Of a stretch of DNA of 64,000 nt, positions 20,500 through 28,467 are shown piece by piece. Position 1 is the first letter of the stretch, and every line of letters starts with the position of its first letter. The notes below the pieces were generated by a model. The model was not told the DNA's origin, made no database searches, and saw only the letters and a program-made list of their open reading frames with translations. A program made the translations under genes and the position numbers. The stretch comes from an uncultured Myxococcales bacterium. Lineage in GTDB: Bacteria; Myxococcota_A; Polyangia; Fen-1088. Where the stretch lies: the NCBI GenBank assembly GCA_964647025.1, contig CAZYFU010000001.1:293-64292 (forward strand). Reading direction: 5' to 3'.

Positions 20500-20541
20500 G
20501 CGAAAAACCGAGGGCAAAGGGGTGACTCCGATGTCCGGCTG

Positions 20542-21561
20542 CTACGATGGATTCAAGACCACCACGGCAATTGGGGTGGGCACTTGGCACCTCGTGCAGC
20601 GCAAGGCGACCGCCCAGATCCCGTTGCTCTTGGAGAATCCGGTGAACTTGCCGTCTAACGAGGAGCTGGCCGAGGTGAGGTCGGCGCTCTTGACGGGATT
20701 GTCATCGGACTGACTGATCGCCAGCTCGTAGAGTGGCGAAGCCAATCCTGCCACGTCGAGGTCGAGGAACCTCTCCTCCAACTGGCTGACCGTGAGGTCC
20801 GGGTAGAAACCAAGCTGCAGCCTGTCGACGTCGGCAAAGAGAAACTCATTCTGCAGGCCGTCCTTCGTGAGCTTGCTCCAATCGAGCACGTACGGCCCCC
20901 CCGCGGCCACGTCTACTGTGGATGCGGTAAGGTCGGCGGTGAAGTCGAGAATGCTGCAGCTGTCAGTCTGCGCCTTTACCTCAGTGACGCTCGAGCCGTC
21001 GTTTGGTTCAAGAAAAAGCATGGTCCGGCTGCCGCTGCCCAGCTTCGTGCCCCGAGCAAAGAGAAGCATGTAGGTCTTCGTCGACGACACCGTATAGTCG
21101 GTCGTCGGGTTGACCACCGTCGTATCGAGCGAGAACTGCGAAAGCTTGGCGCATGTCGAAGACGCCGTCGTCCTGAACGTACGGGAAATGACCTTCGAGC
21201 TGTCGAGTTGACCGGCGGTGAGCTGCTGTTCGATCTTCGATTCGTCGAGGTTGTTGATCTGCAGGAAGGTCACGCTGTTGATGTCGGAGGACGAGGCATC
21301 GTGACAGAGAAAGTCTTTCGTGATTCCCGTCCAGCAAATGTCCAAGTCGGCTTGCGGCTTGGTCTGAATGCGCGGAATGCTGAGGGCGCTCGTGGCCCTG
21401 TAATTGTTCTGGTCGGTGATGACGATGTTGCCCGTCGAGTCGCTGCTCGTCGCGTTACTGCCACAAGCGGCCGAGAGCAATAGCGAGCCAGCCAACACCG
21501 TCGCCCACCCGCCTCGTCGAGACGAAATCGAGAACCTGCAACCGAGTTTCATGAGGGGCAT
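20542..21561 (-). CDS. lipoprotein, hypothetical (paralog of 24514..25620)
   Basis: Lipobox LLLSAACGS. S/T/N-rich. The C-terminus ALRCTRCQVPTPIAVVVLNPS aligns with the paralog's LALQCGGCRNPSPLYLTIFKPCN. Shared LDWSKLTKDG / LDWGKMTKTS block. Confidence 0.6.
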   Translation of the reverse strand: MPLMKLGCRFSISSRRGGWATVLAGSLLLSAACGSNATSSDSTGNIVITDQNNYRATSALSIPRIQTKPQADLDICWTGITKDFLCHDASSSDINSVTFLQINNLDESKIEQQLTAGQLDSSKVISRTFRTTASSTCAKLSQFSLDTTVVNPTTDYTVSSTKTYMLLFARGTKLGSGSRTMLFLEPNDGSSVTEVKAQTDSCSILDFTADLTASTVDVAAGGPYVLDWSKLTKDGLQNEFLFADVDRLQLGFYPDLTVSQLEERFLDLDVAGLASPLYELAISQSDDNPVKSADLTSASSSLDGKFTGFSKSNGIWAVALRCTRCQVPTPIAVVVLNPS

Positions 21562-21947
21562 TTAAGCTGAAAGCCCCAAACGATTCCAGCGCTAACCGGC
21601 GTCTCCGACGAGATCCAATCCGACGTCGTCCGAAGACACGATCCGGGATCAAAAAAGATCGACTTCCGAAAAGAAAAAATCGCAGAGACCTGCGCGCATG
21701 AAAATACCGGACCGCAGGAAGCTTCTTTCGGAGCAAATGCCGAGGCTGAACAAGGGTGTCAGACTGAATCGTCCGTGAAATCGAAGCCCGTGATCCGCAT
21801 GATGACGTCGTTAGCCATGCGTTGCCGCTTGGCACAGCCGCGAAATATGTCTATCGTTTGCTCCTCGCTTGTATTGTTCCGTCTGCGTGCGCCTTGATGT
21901 CGTTTGAAGAGTGCCCAGCGTTCCCCTTGCCGTAGGAGTCTACTGTC

Positions 21948-22652
21948 GTGCGATTGATCTTTGATCGAGCTGCAACATTGGTCTTGGCCGCCGCGGGTTT
22001 GGTCGGGTGCGGGAGCAATCAATCGGAAAGCTCACATTGGGCCGGGAAGACTTTTCTCCTCGAGTTTCCTGCCAAGCACTGGAACCAACCCTCCAACAAA
22101 AGCGTCGCGCAAGCCGTTGGTGACTTCGTTCCGCAGTTTTTGATCTCCGTCTCCCAATCGGGTGGCAGCGAGAGCGTGACGATCGCCACGGCAGAGAACG
22201 GCGTCCAGGACAAGTCGAACGGCACGCAGCAGACCACGCTGTCGAAATCGAGCTTCCCAGACAGCGAGTTCGTCATCGCGGAGTTCCCCATCAACTTCGA
22301 ACGGACCGACGAGAACACCGGAGAGATCGCCAAGGTTTGCGCGACCATTCGCAACATGACCTTCACGAACATCCTGCCTGGCGAGGACGACACGGCTCGC
22401 ACCGACGGAAAGTTCAAGGCCACGGGAGACATGGGCGCGCTCGCCCCCCTGTTCTTCCTACAGAAGGATCCCACCGCCGAGAGCATCTGCACCATGCTCG
22501 GCGGCGAGCAATACGAAACGCCCTGCGAGACCTGCTCCTTCAACAACAAGCAACAGTGCCTGACAATCGGCGCCATCCAAATCGGCGCAGAGTCGACAAC
22601 CGCATCGGTCGAGCAGCTTTCCTTGAACGATACCGCCGCATCCTGTCTCTAA
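21948..22652 (+). CDS. lipoprotein, hypothetical
   Basis: GTG start with an AGGAG RBS 8 nt upstream. Lipobox LVGCGS. Cys-containing C-terminal half. Confidence 0.55.
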   Translation: MRLIFDRAATLVLAAAGLVGCGSNQSESSHWAGKTFLLEFPAKHWNQPSNKSVAQAVGDFVPQFLISVSQSGGSESVTIATAENGVQDKSNGTQQTTLSKSSFPDSEFVIAEFPINFERTDENTGEIAKVCATIRNMTFTNILPGEDDTARTDGKFKATGDMGALAPLFFLQKDPTAESICTMLGGEQYETPCETCSFNNKQQCLTIGAIQIGAESTTASVEQLSLNDTAASCL

Positions 22653-22712
22653 CGTCAGAGTAAGCCACAGTCACGAAACGTCAGAGCAAGCGACAATCAG
22701 GAGTATACCGCG

Positions 22713-24470
22713 ATGCAACGTATGACAACCGCGCTGGTGATTCTGGGGGGCCTTTGCCTCGGTAGTTATGGCTGCAATCCGACTGGTGACGACCAGGGGG
22801 CAGCTTCGGGAGGAACGAACCAAACCGGGGGAAAGGCCAATGGCGGCTCCTCGGGCAGCGGCGGCAAAGCCGGCGCTGGTGGGTCTTCCACAAATAGCGG
22901 CGGCTCCGCAGGCAGCGGCGGCAAGGCCGGTAGCGGCGGCTCCGCCGGCAGCGGTGGCTCCGCAGGCAACGGCGGCAGCAGCAAAGGTGGAGCGGCAGGC
23001 AGCAGTAGCACCGCAGGCGCGGGCGGCCGAGGTGGAGCTGCGGGCAGCAGTAGCACCGCAGGCACAGGCGGCAGGGGAGGCGCGGCAGGCAGCAGTAGCA
23101 CCGCAGGCGCGGGCGGCCGAGGAGGGGCGGCGGGCAGCAGTAGCACCGCAGGCGCAGGCGGCAGCGCGGGCGGCCCGGGCGGAAACAGCGGCGACTGCAC
23201 CGTCAAGCAGATCTCCGGGACCACCAGCACCGCCATCCAGACGGTTGGGATCGTGACCTGGTCCACCACGCTCTCGAAGGTCAAGACAGCCAAGATCGAC
23301 TTCGGCCTCACCACGTCGTACGGCCAAACCGCGCCGGTGGATCTCACGCAGAAGGACTACCGGACGTTGCTGCTGGGGATGAAGCCGAACAAGACCTACC
23401 ACTACAAGATAACCGCCAGTGACGACTCGAGCAGCTGCTCCAGCGAGGACTACACCATCACCACCGGCGCTCTGATGAGCGGCCTGCCAACCATCAAAGC
23501 CACGACCAAAGACGCGACGAAGCTGGCCGGCGGCTTCCTGATCACCGGCCAATTCGTCCAGTTCTCGTCCGGTAAGGCGCCCGCCTACATCCTCGACGGC
23601 GACAACGAGTTCGTCTGGGCGTTCGCACCCTACACGGCCGACGTGACCTGCGCTCGCATGAACTACGCGGGTACGCACATGTGGCTCAACTCGGCCAACG
23701 TGCCGAATGGCTCCACCCACGTGCACCGCGTGACGATGGACGGCCTCACGAACGAGAACCTGTCCGACAAGTTCACGGGGTTGAACCATTCGCTGACCGT
23801 TCTCCCTGACGAATCGGTGGCGTTCTACGCGTATGGATCGAACAACTGCGACGACATCAAGGAATACAACCCGACCACCAAGACCACGAGGACCATCGTC
23901 AACTCCGGCAAGGCGCAGGGCGGGATCAGCCCCTGCCACGTCAACAACATCCAGTACTCCGAAGAGGACGACACGATCGTGTTCTCGGACCTCGACAGCC
24001 AGGCCGTGGTGAAGGTCAAGCGCAGCGACGGCTCGACCGTGTGGATCGCGAACAGCCCCAAGTCGACCTTCACGGGCGACAGCTGGGCAGGCAGCCAGCA
24101 CGGCGTCCACCTCCTCGATCTCGATCGCTTCCTGGTGTTCAACAACAACAGCAGGATGTCGATGGGCACCATGGGCTCCGCCGGCGGTGACGGCTCGGGC
24201 TCGATCGCCATGGAGTTCACCCTCGACCTGACCGGCAAGAAGATGTCCAGGGTCTGGCAGTACAAGGCGAATCCCGGCATCGACAACGGCGTCATGGGTG
24301 ACCTTCAGCGGCTGCCCAACGGAAACACCATCGTCGGCTACTCGACGAGCGGCATCGTTCACGAGGTGGACTCGAAAGGCACGCTTTTGCAGTCTCTCGA
24401 ATGGCAGAAGCTGACTCAATTTGGCTATATTGAAAAGCGAGCTACGCTCTACGGACCACCCCCGCGCTAG
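22713..24470 (+). CDS. lipoprotein with G/S-rich repeat linker and a large beta-rich C-terminal domain (possible beta-propeller)
   Basis: AGGAG RBS. Lipobox LGSYGC. About 130 aa G/S-rich linker including 4 tandem 15-aa repeats (AAGSSSTAGAGGRGG). The 400-aa C-terminal domain contains an LPNGNT motif. Confidence 0.6.
   Translation: MQRMTTALVILGGLCLGSYGCNPTGDDQGAASGGTNQTGGKANGGSSGSGGKAGAGGSSTNSGGSAGSGGKAGSGGSAGSGGSAGNGGSSKGGAAGSSSTAGAGGRGGAAGSSSTAGTGGRGGAAGSSSTAGAGGRGGAAGSSSTAGAGGSAGGPGGNSGDCTVKQISGTTSTAIQTVGIVTWSTTLSKVKTAKIDFGLTTSYGQTAPVDLTQKDYRTLLLGMKPNKTYHYKITASDDSSSCSSEDYTITTGALMSGLPTIKATTKDATKLAGGFLITGQFVQFSSGKAPAYILDGDNEFVWAFAPYTADVTCARMNYAGTHMWLNSANVPNGSTHVHRVTMDGLTNENLSDKFTGLNHSLTVLPDESVAFYAYGSNNCDDIKEYNPTTKTTRTIVNSGKAQGGISPCHVNNIQYSEEDDTIVFSDLDSQAVVKVKRSDGSTVWIANSPKSTFTGDSWAGSQHGVHLLDLDRFLVFNNNSRMSMGTMGSAGGDGSGSIAMEFTLDLTGKKMSRVWQYKANPGIDNGVMGDLQRLPNGNTIVGYSTSGIVHEVDSKGTLLQSLEWQKLTQFGYIEKRATLYGPPPR
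22991..23170. repeat. in-frame tandem repeat, 4 x 45 bp (encodes AAGSSSTAGAGGRGG x4) inside lipoprotein gene
   Basis: Near-identical 45-bp units are visible directly in the sequence at 22991, 23036, 23081 and 23126. Confidence 0.85.
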
Positions 24471-24513
24471 CAGCAACTGACCGTCTATCACCCATCTCAC
24501 CGGAGGCCTCTGA

Positions 24514-25620
24514 ATGAACCGCAAAGCATCGACGATTGTCGCAGCACTCTTGACCGTTGCCGCGGCTGCCTGTGGCAGCAACGGAAGCAGCGGCGGCGGC
24601 GCTGGCGGCAACGCCAACAATGGAGGCTCCGGTGGAGGCGGTGGAAGTGGTGGAAGTGCAGGAGGTGGGAACGGAGGCAGCGGAGTAACGTGCAGCGGCA
24701 CAACCCTGACGGCCACGGAAGCCAGCAACTTCAAGTTCGAGAGCACCATTTCGCTGCCGCTCACCAAGGTCAAGCCCAACACAGCGCTCGATTTCGACTG
24801 GAGCGAGGCGACGGCCGACCTCCTCGGTCATCCCGTGGACCCCAAGAAGGACCTCAACAGCATCATCGTGATCGAGTGGAAGCTCGACATCAACACTCTG
24901 CAAGACAAGCTCAACTCTGACGAGCTGCAATCGAAGTACATGGTGGGAAACCTGCCCATTCTGTACACGACCGATGGGGCAACGACGTCGGCCAATCTCC
25001 TCAACTTCACCGTCAATGGCGGGCCGATTGGGGTCGATGGCGGCCTCGTTACTGTCGAGACGGTCATGCAGTTCTTCGACCCGAAGGAGCACGATCCTGC
25101 CACGAACACCTTCACGCTCATGGCTGCCACCGGGAAGATCCTCGGACAAGGTACCAAGGCCATCCAGGCCTTCCAGCTCGACCCTGCCTCGGACAACACC
25201 AAGGTGGCCCTGACCAAGGATTCCATCAAGCTCGACTACAAGGCCGACCTGCAGTCCCTGTCGCCGATTGGCATTCCCGCCGGAAAGGCGAACATCAGCT
25301 TGGACTGGGGCAAGATGACCAAGACCTCGATGGGGCAGGACTTCATCGTCACCGACATCACGCGCGTCATCCTGGCCAACTACTCCGAAACGCCGGCAGA
25401 GCTCGAAAAGAAGTTCCTCGACATCGAGCTCATTGCCAAGAAGCTCTACCAGGGCAACATCGAGATCGGCACGAAGGTCGACTTCTCGACCCTGGAAGAC
25501 AGCTCGGGCAACAAGTTCTCCGGCATCGACGGCGATGGCACGTGGCTGCTTGCTCTCCAGTGCGGGGGCTGCCGCAACCCCTCCCCGCTCTACCTGACCA
25601 TCTTCAAGCCCTGCAACTAG
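24514..25620 (+). CDS. lipoprotein, hypothetical (paralog of 20542..21561)
   Basis: GGAGG RBS. Lipobox AAAACGS. G/S/N linker. The C-terminus aligns with the 20542..21561 product. Confidence 0.6.
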   Translation: MNRKASTIVAALLTVAAAACGSNGSSGGGAGGNANNGGSGGGGGSGGSAGGGNGGSGVTCSGTTLTATEASNFKFESTISLPLTKVKPNTALDFDWSEATADLLGHPVDPKKDLNSIIVIEWKLDINTLQDKLNSDELQSKYMVGNLPILYTTDGATTSANLLNFTVNGGPIGVDGGLVTVETVMQFFDPKEHDPATNTFTLMAATGKILGQGTKAIQAFQLDPASDNTKVALTKDSIKLDYKADLQSLSPIGIPAGKANISLDWGKMTKTSMGQDFIVTDITRVILANYSETPAELEKKFLDIELIAKKLYQGNIEIGTKVDFSTLEDSSGNKFSGIDGDGTWLLALQCGGCRNPSPLYLTIFKPCN

Positions 25621-26036
25621 CAGCGGCCCAAGCCGCCACGTCGCCGTTCCGGCAGTCCATGGCCCTCGTGCGGCGTGACGCTTGGGAATCCACGAAACAG
25701 CGTGAACGATGAAGCACACGCTGCGGTAGCAGAGCACTGAGAACCGTCGCCGTGGCAAGGGGAGACGAGTTTGGCCACGGCGGGTGCCAGGGACACGGGC
25801 GTCCACCAGCCGCCACGGGGTGCAGCCGGACGGAACCCGGGAGAAGGCCGCAAGTGAACGGCCAGCCAGCTACCACCGTAGCCGGAGCACACGGCGAGAG
25901 CGGGCCCGAGCGGAAGCAGCTCCTCCGCACCTCTGCTCGTGCAAAGCCTCGCCGCACCTAGGGCCTTGACCCAGGCGCAATGCTTGCGGCTGGCGAGGCC
26001 TAGCGGAGGGAGCACCAGCTACACGGTCGCGCGCCC

Positions 26037-28397
26037 TTACGCGGCCTTGGCGCTATCGGACTTCGAGCGCTGCAGGAACTTGGGGGTAACCCACAGGACC
26101 ACCGACGGGAGGAACGCTACCGTCGCGGCGCTGCTCACGACCATGGTCAGGGCGACCAGCAACCCCAAGAGCACGTGGACCTTGAAGAACGACAGTGCCA
26201 AGCACAGGTAGCCACCGGCCACGGCGCTTGCGACGTACGCGATTGCTTTGCCTGAGGTCGTCAGAGCGGTCGCGGTGGCGATGCGCAGGTCGCCGCTGCG
26301 TTGGAACTCTTCTCGAACGCGGAAGAGGAAATACACGGCGTAGTCGGCGCCGATGCCGACCGCCATCGCGGAGATCGCTGCCGTGCCCATCGCGAGGGGA
26401 ATGCCGGTCCACCCCATCAGACCGAGATTGACCAACGCCGAGGTGGCGAGCGGCAAGAGCACGAGCAGCCCGCCCGCCAGCGAGCGGAGAAGCAACGACG
26501 TGATGACGACGACGAGCAGCGAGATCTGAATCAGGTTGATGGTCTTGCCACGCACCATGGTTTCGTTGAGTGCAATCGCGTTGGTCACCCCGCCGCCAAC
26601 ACGCGCCTTGATCGACGTACCGGCGAACAGCCGGTTGGCCTCGGCGGCCACGGCATCCGTGAGCCCCTTCATGGCACGGTTGTCGTCGGTCTTGAGATAC
26701 ATGGTGATGACCGCGCTCTTGTAATCCCGATCCACGAGTCGGCTCAGGTCCTCCTCGTTGCCGCCCATCCCGTAGAGCAGCAGATACTGGGCGACCGCCT
26801 CAGGCGTCTCGGGAAGCTTGCCCACCGCCGAGTTGTCCATGGCGCGGCTCATCTGCTTGAGCAGGTCGACGATCGACATGACCTTGCCGATGGGGATGGG
26901 CTGGCGGTTGATGAAGGTCGTAAGCTCATCCATGCGCCGCAGGACGTCTGGATTCTTGATGGCATCCGAGGCCTCGCCCTCGACCAGGACCTGAATCACG
27001 CGGGTGCCAGTCAAACGGGAGTCAGCCATCCGGAAACCGTGGATGGGCGCATTGGCCTCGAAGAACTGCGCCGCGAGGCTGTTGTTGGTCTCGAGCCGGG
27101 TGAGACCGACCAGGGCGAGCGCGATGACGCCGGCGAAGACCCAGAGGATGGGCCGCTCACGGCTATTGCGGACGATCGCCGCCAGCTTCTCGAGGATCGG
27201 ATCGAAGTACTCCTCGCGCTTCTCACGCTCGGTCTGCCGCTCCGTGGGCGGCGACATCAGCACCCGGATGGCCGGGATGAAGGTCATCTCGACGGTCAAC
27301 GCAGCCAGGATGCCGAAGGCCGTGCACAGGCCGAAGTTCTTGATCGACGGCAAGCCGAACGCCGCCAACGAGCCGAAGCTCAGCGACGCGATGGTCCCGG
27401 CCGCGAGCATGACGACGCCGACCTTGACGGTCGCCTCGATGACCGCCAGCCGGTTGTGCTCCACCGACGACAGCTCGGGCCGATCCTTCCGGACCCGTGC
27501 GTATTCCTCGTAGTAGCGCTTCAGGATCTGGACCGAGTGCCCTGCCCCTATGGCCAGCAGCAAGATCGGCGTCATGATGTTCCACGGATCCATGGGCGCG
27601 CCGATGAGCCCCATCAGCCCGAGGGCCCACACCACGCCCATGATGGCCGTAACGAGCGGCACGATCATGCCCTGCAGGGTTCGGAAGGCGCGGTAGTGCA
27701 AGTAGCCGATCATGGCCAGCGCCAAGATGAACAGCAGCGACACCCGCTTGGTGTACTGGAGCAACCAGTAAAGCGTGCTCGCCGCGCCGGCCGGGACGAT
27801 CTCGAGATCGGGCTCGCGCTCGGGGTTCACGATCTCTTCGAGCTTGGGAAACAGCCCCTTGGCGCCACCAGCCATTTCGAAGTCCTCGAAGTCGACCACC
27901 ACGGAGGTGGCACGCCCATCGTCGCTCACGAACAGGCTGGTCAAGAATGAATTGGCTTTGACCTTCTCCCGGAAGGCCGCCATCTCGGCGTCGGTCTGCG
28001 GGACCTTGTCCGCTAACGCCGTGATCTCGAGGGCCTCGTCGGTGCTGCGGATGTCCTTCACCCGCGGCGACATGAGCGAAAGGACCGTGCCCTTCTTCAC
28101 CCCGGGCATCGCTTCGACGGCCTCGGTCACGCGCTTGACCTTGGCCAGGATCTTGGGCGTGTAGATCGTGCCCGACGTCGGGTAGAAACCGATGACCGTA
28201 ATGAACTTGCCGCCGAACAGCTTCTCGACGCGTTGGCCGACGACAACCAGGGGGTGCCCCGGCGGAATCTGCGAATCGACGTCCAGCAGCACGCGCAGAC
28301 GGCTGATGAAGAAGCCCAAGGTCAGGGTCACGGCCACTACAACTGCGATTACTGTCTTTGGCCGGCCAACCAACGCGGTTACATATCGGCGTAGCAT
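26037..28397 (-). CDS. MMPL/RND-superfamily transporter with SSD-type 12-TM architecture (HpnN/MmpL-like lipid exporter)
   Basis: Two 6-TM bundles, each preceded by a large periplasmic loop. Start taken at the internal Met MLRRYVTALVG (the upstream 39 codons look non-coding). 786 aa. Confidence 0.75.
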   Translation of the reverse strand: MLRRYVTALVGRPKTVIAVVVAVTLTLGFFISRLRVLLDVDSQIPPGHPLVVVGQRVEKLFGGKFITVIGFYPTSGTIYTPKILAKVKRVTEAVEAMPGVKKGTVLSLMSPRVKDIRSTDEALEITALADKVPQTDAEMAAFREKVKANSFLTSLFVSDDGRATSVVVDFEDFEMAGGAKGLFPKLEEIVNPEREPDLEIVPAGAASTLYWLLQYTKRVSLLFILALAMIGYLHYRAFRTLQGMIVPLVTAIMGVVWALGLMGLIGAPMDPWNIMTPILLLAIGAGHSVQILKRYYEEYARVRKDRPELSSVEHNRLAVIEATVKVGVVMLAAGTIASLSFGSLAAFGLPSIKNFGLCTAFGILAALTVEMTFIPAIRVLMSPPTERQTEREKREEYFDPILEKLAAIVRNSRERPILWVFAGVIALALVGLTRLETNNSLAAQFFEANAPIHGFRMADSRLTGTRVIQVLVEGEASDAIKNPDVLRRMDELTTFINRQPIPIGKVMSIVDLLKQMSRAMDNSAVGKLPETPEAVAQYLLLYGMGGNEEDLSRLVDRDYKSAVITMYLKTDDNRAMKGLTDAVAAEANRLFAGTSIKARVGGGVTNAIALNETMVRGKTINLIQISLLVVVITSLLLRSLAGGLLVLLPLATSALVNLGLMGWTGIPLAMGTAAISAMAVGIGADYAVYFLFRVREEFQRSGDLRIATATALTTSGKAIAYVASAVAGGYLCLALSFFKVHVLLGLLVALTMVVSSAATVAFLPSVVLWVTPKFLQRSKSDSAKAA

Positions 28398-28467
28398 GTG
28401 CAGCACATGCAAGTTGTCATGGTTGCCACTCGGGTGGCAAGAAGTAATGGGCTCGATCTGGCTGCGG

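Noticed and set aside
21800-21830. TGGCAC hexamer in the AT-rich spacer as a possible sigma54 -24 box
   Set aside because: The downstream -12 position reads CGAA rather than TTGC/GC, and no gene start is appropriately placed.
22671-24782. 703-aa minus-strand ORF across the repeat-containing lipoprotein gene
   Set aside because: Antisense ghost. The plus-strand gene has RBS, lipobox, and coherent domain structure.
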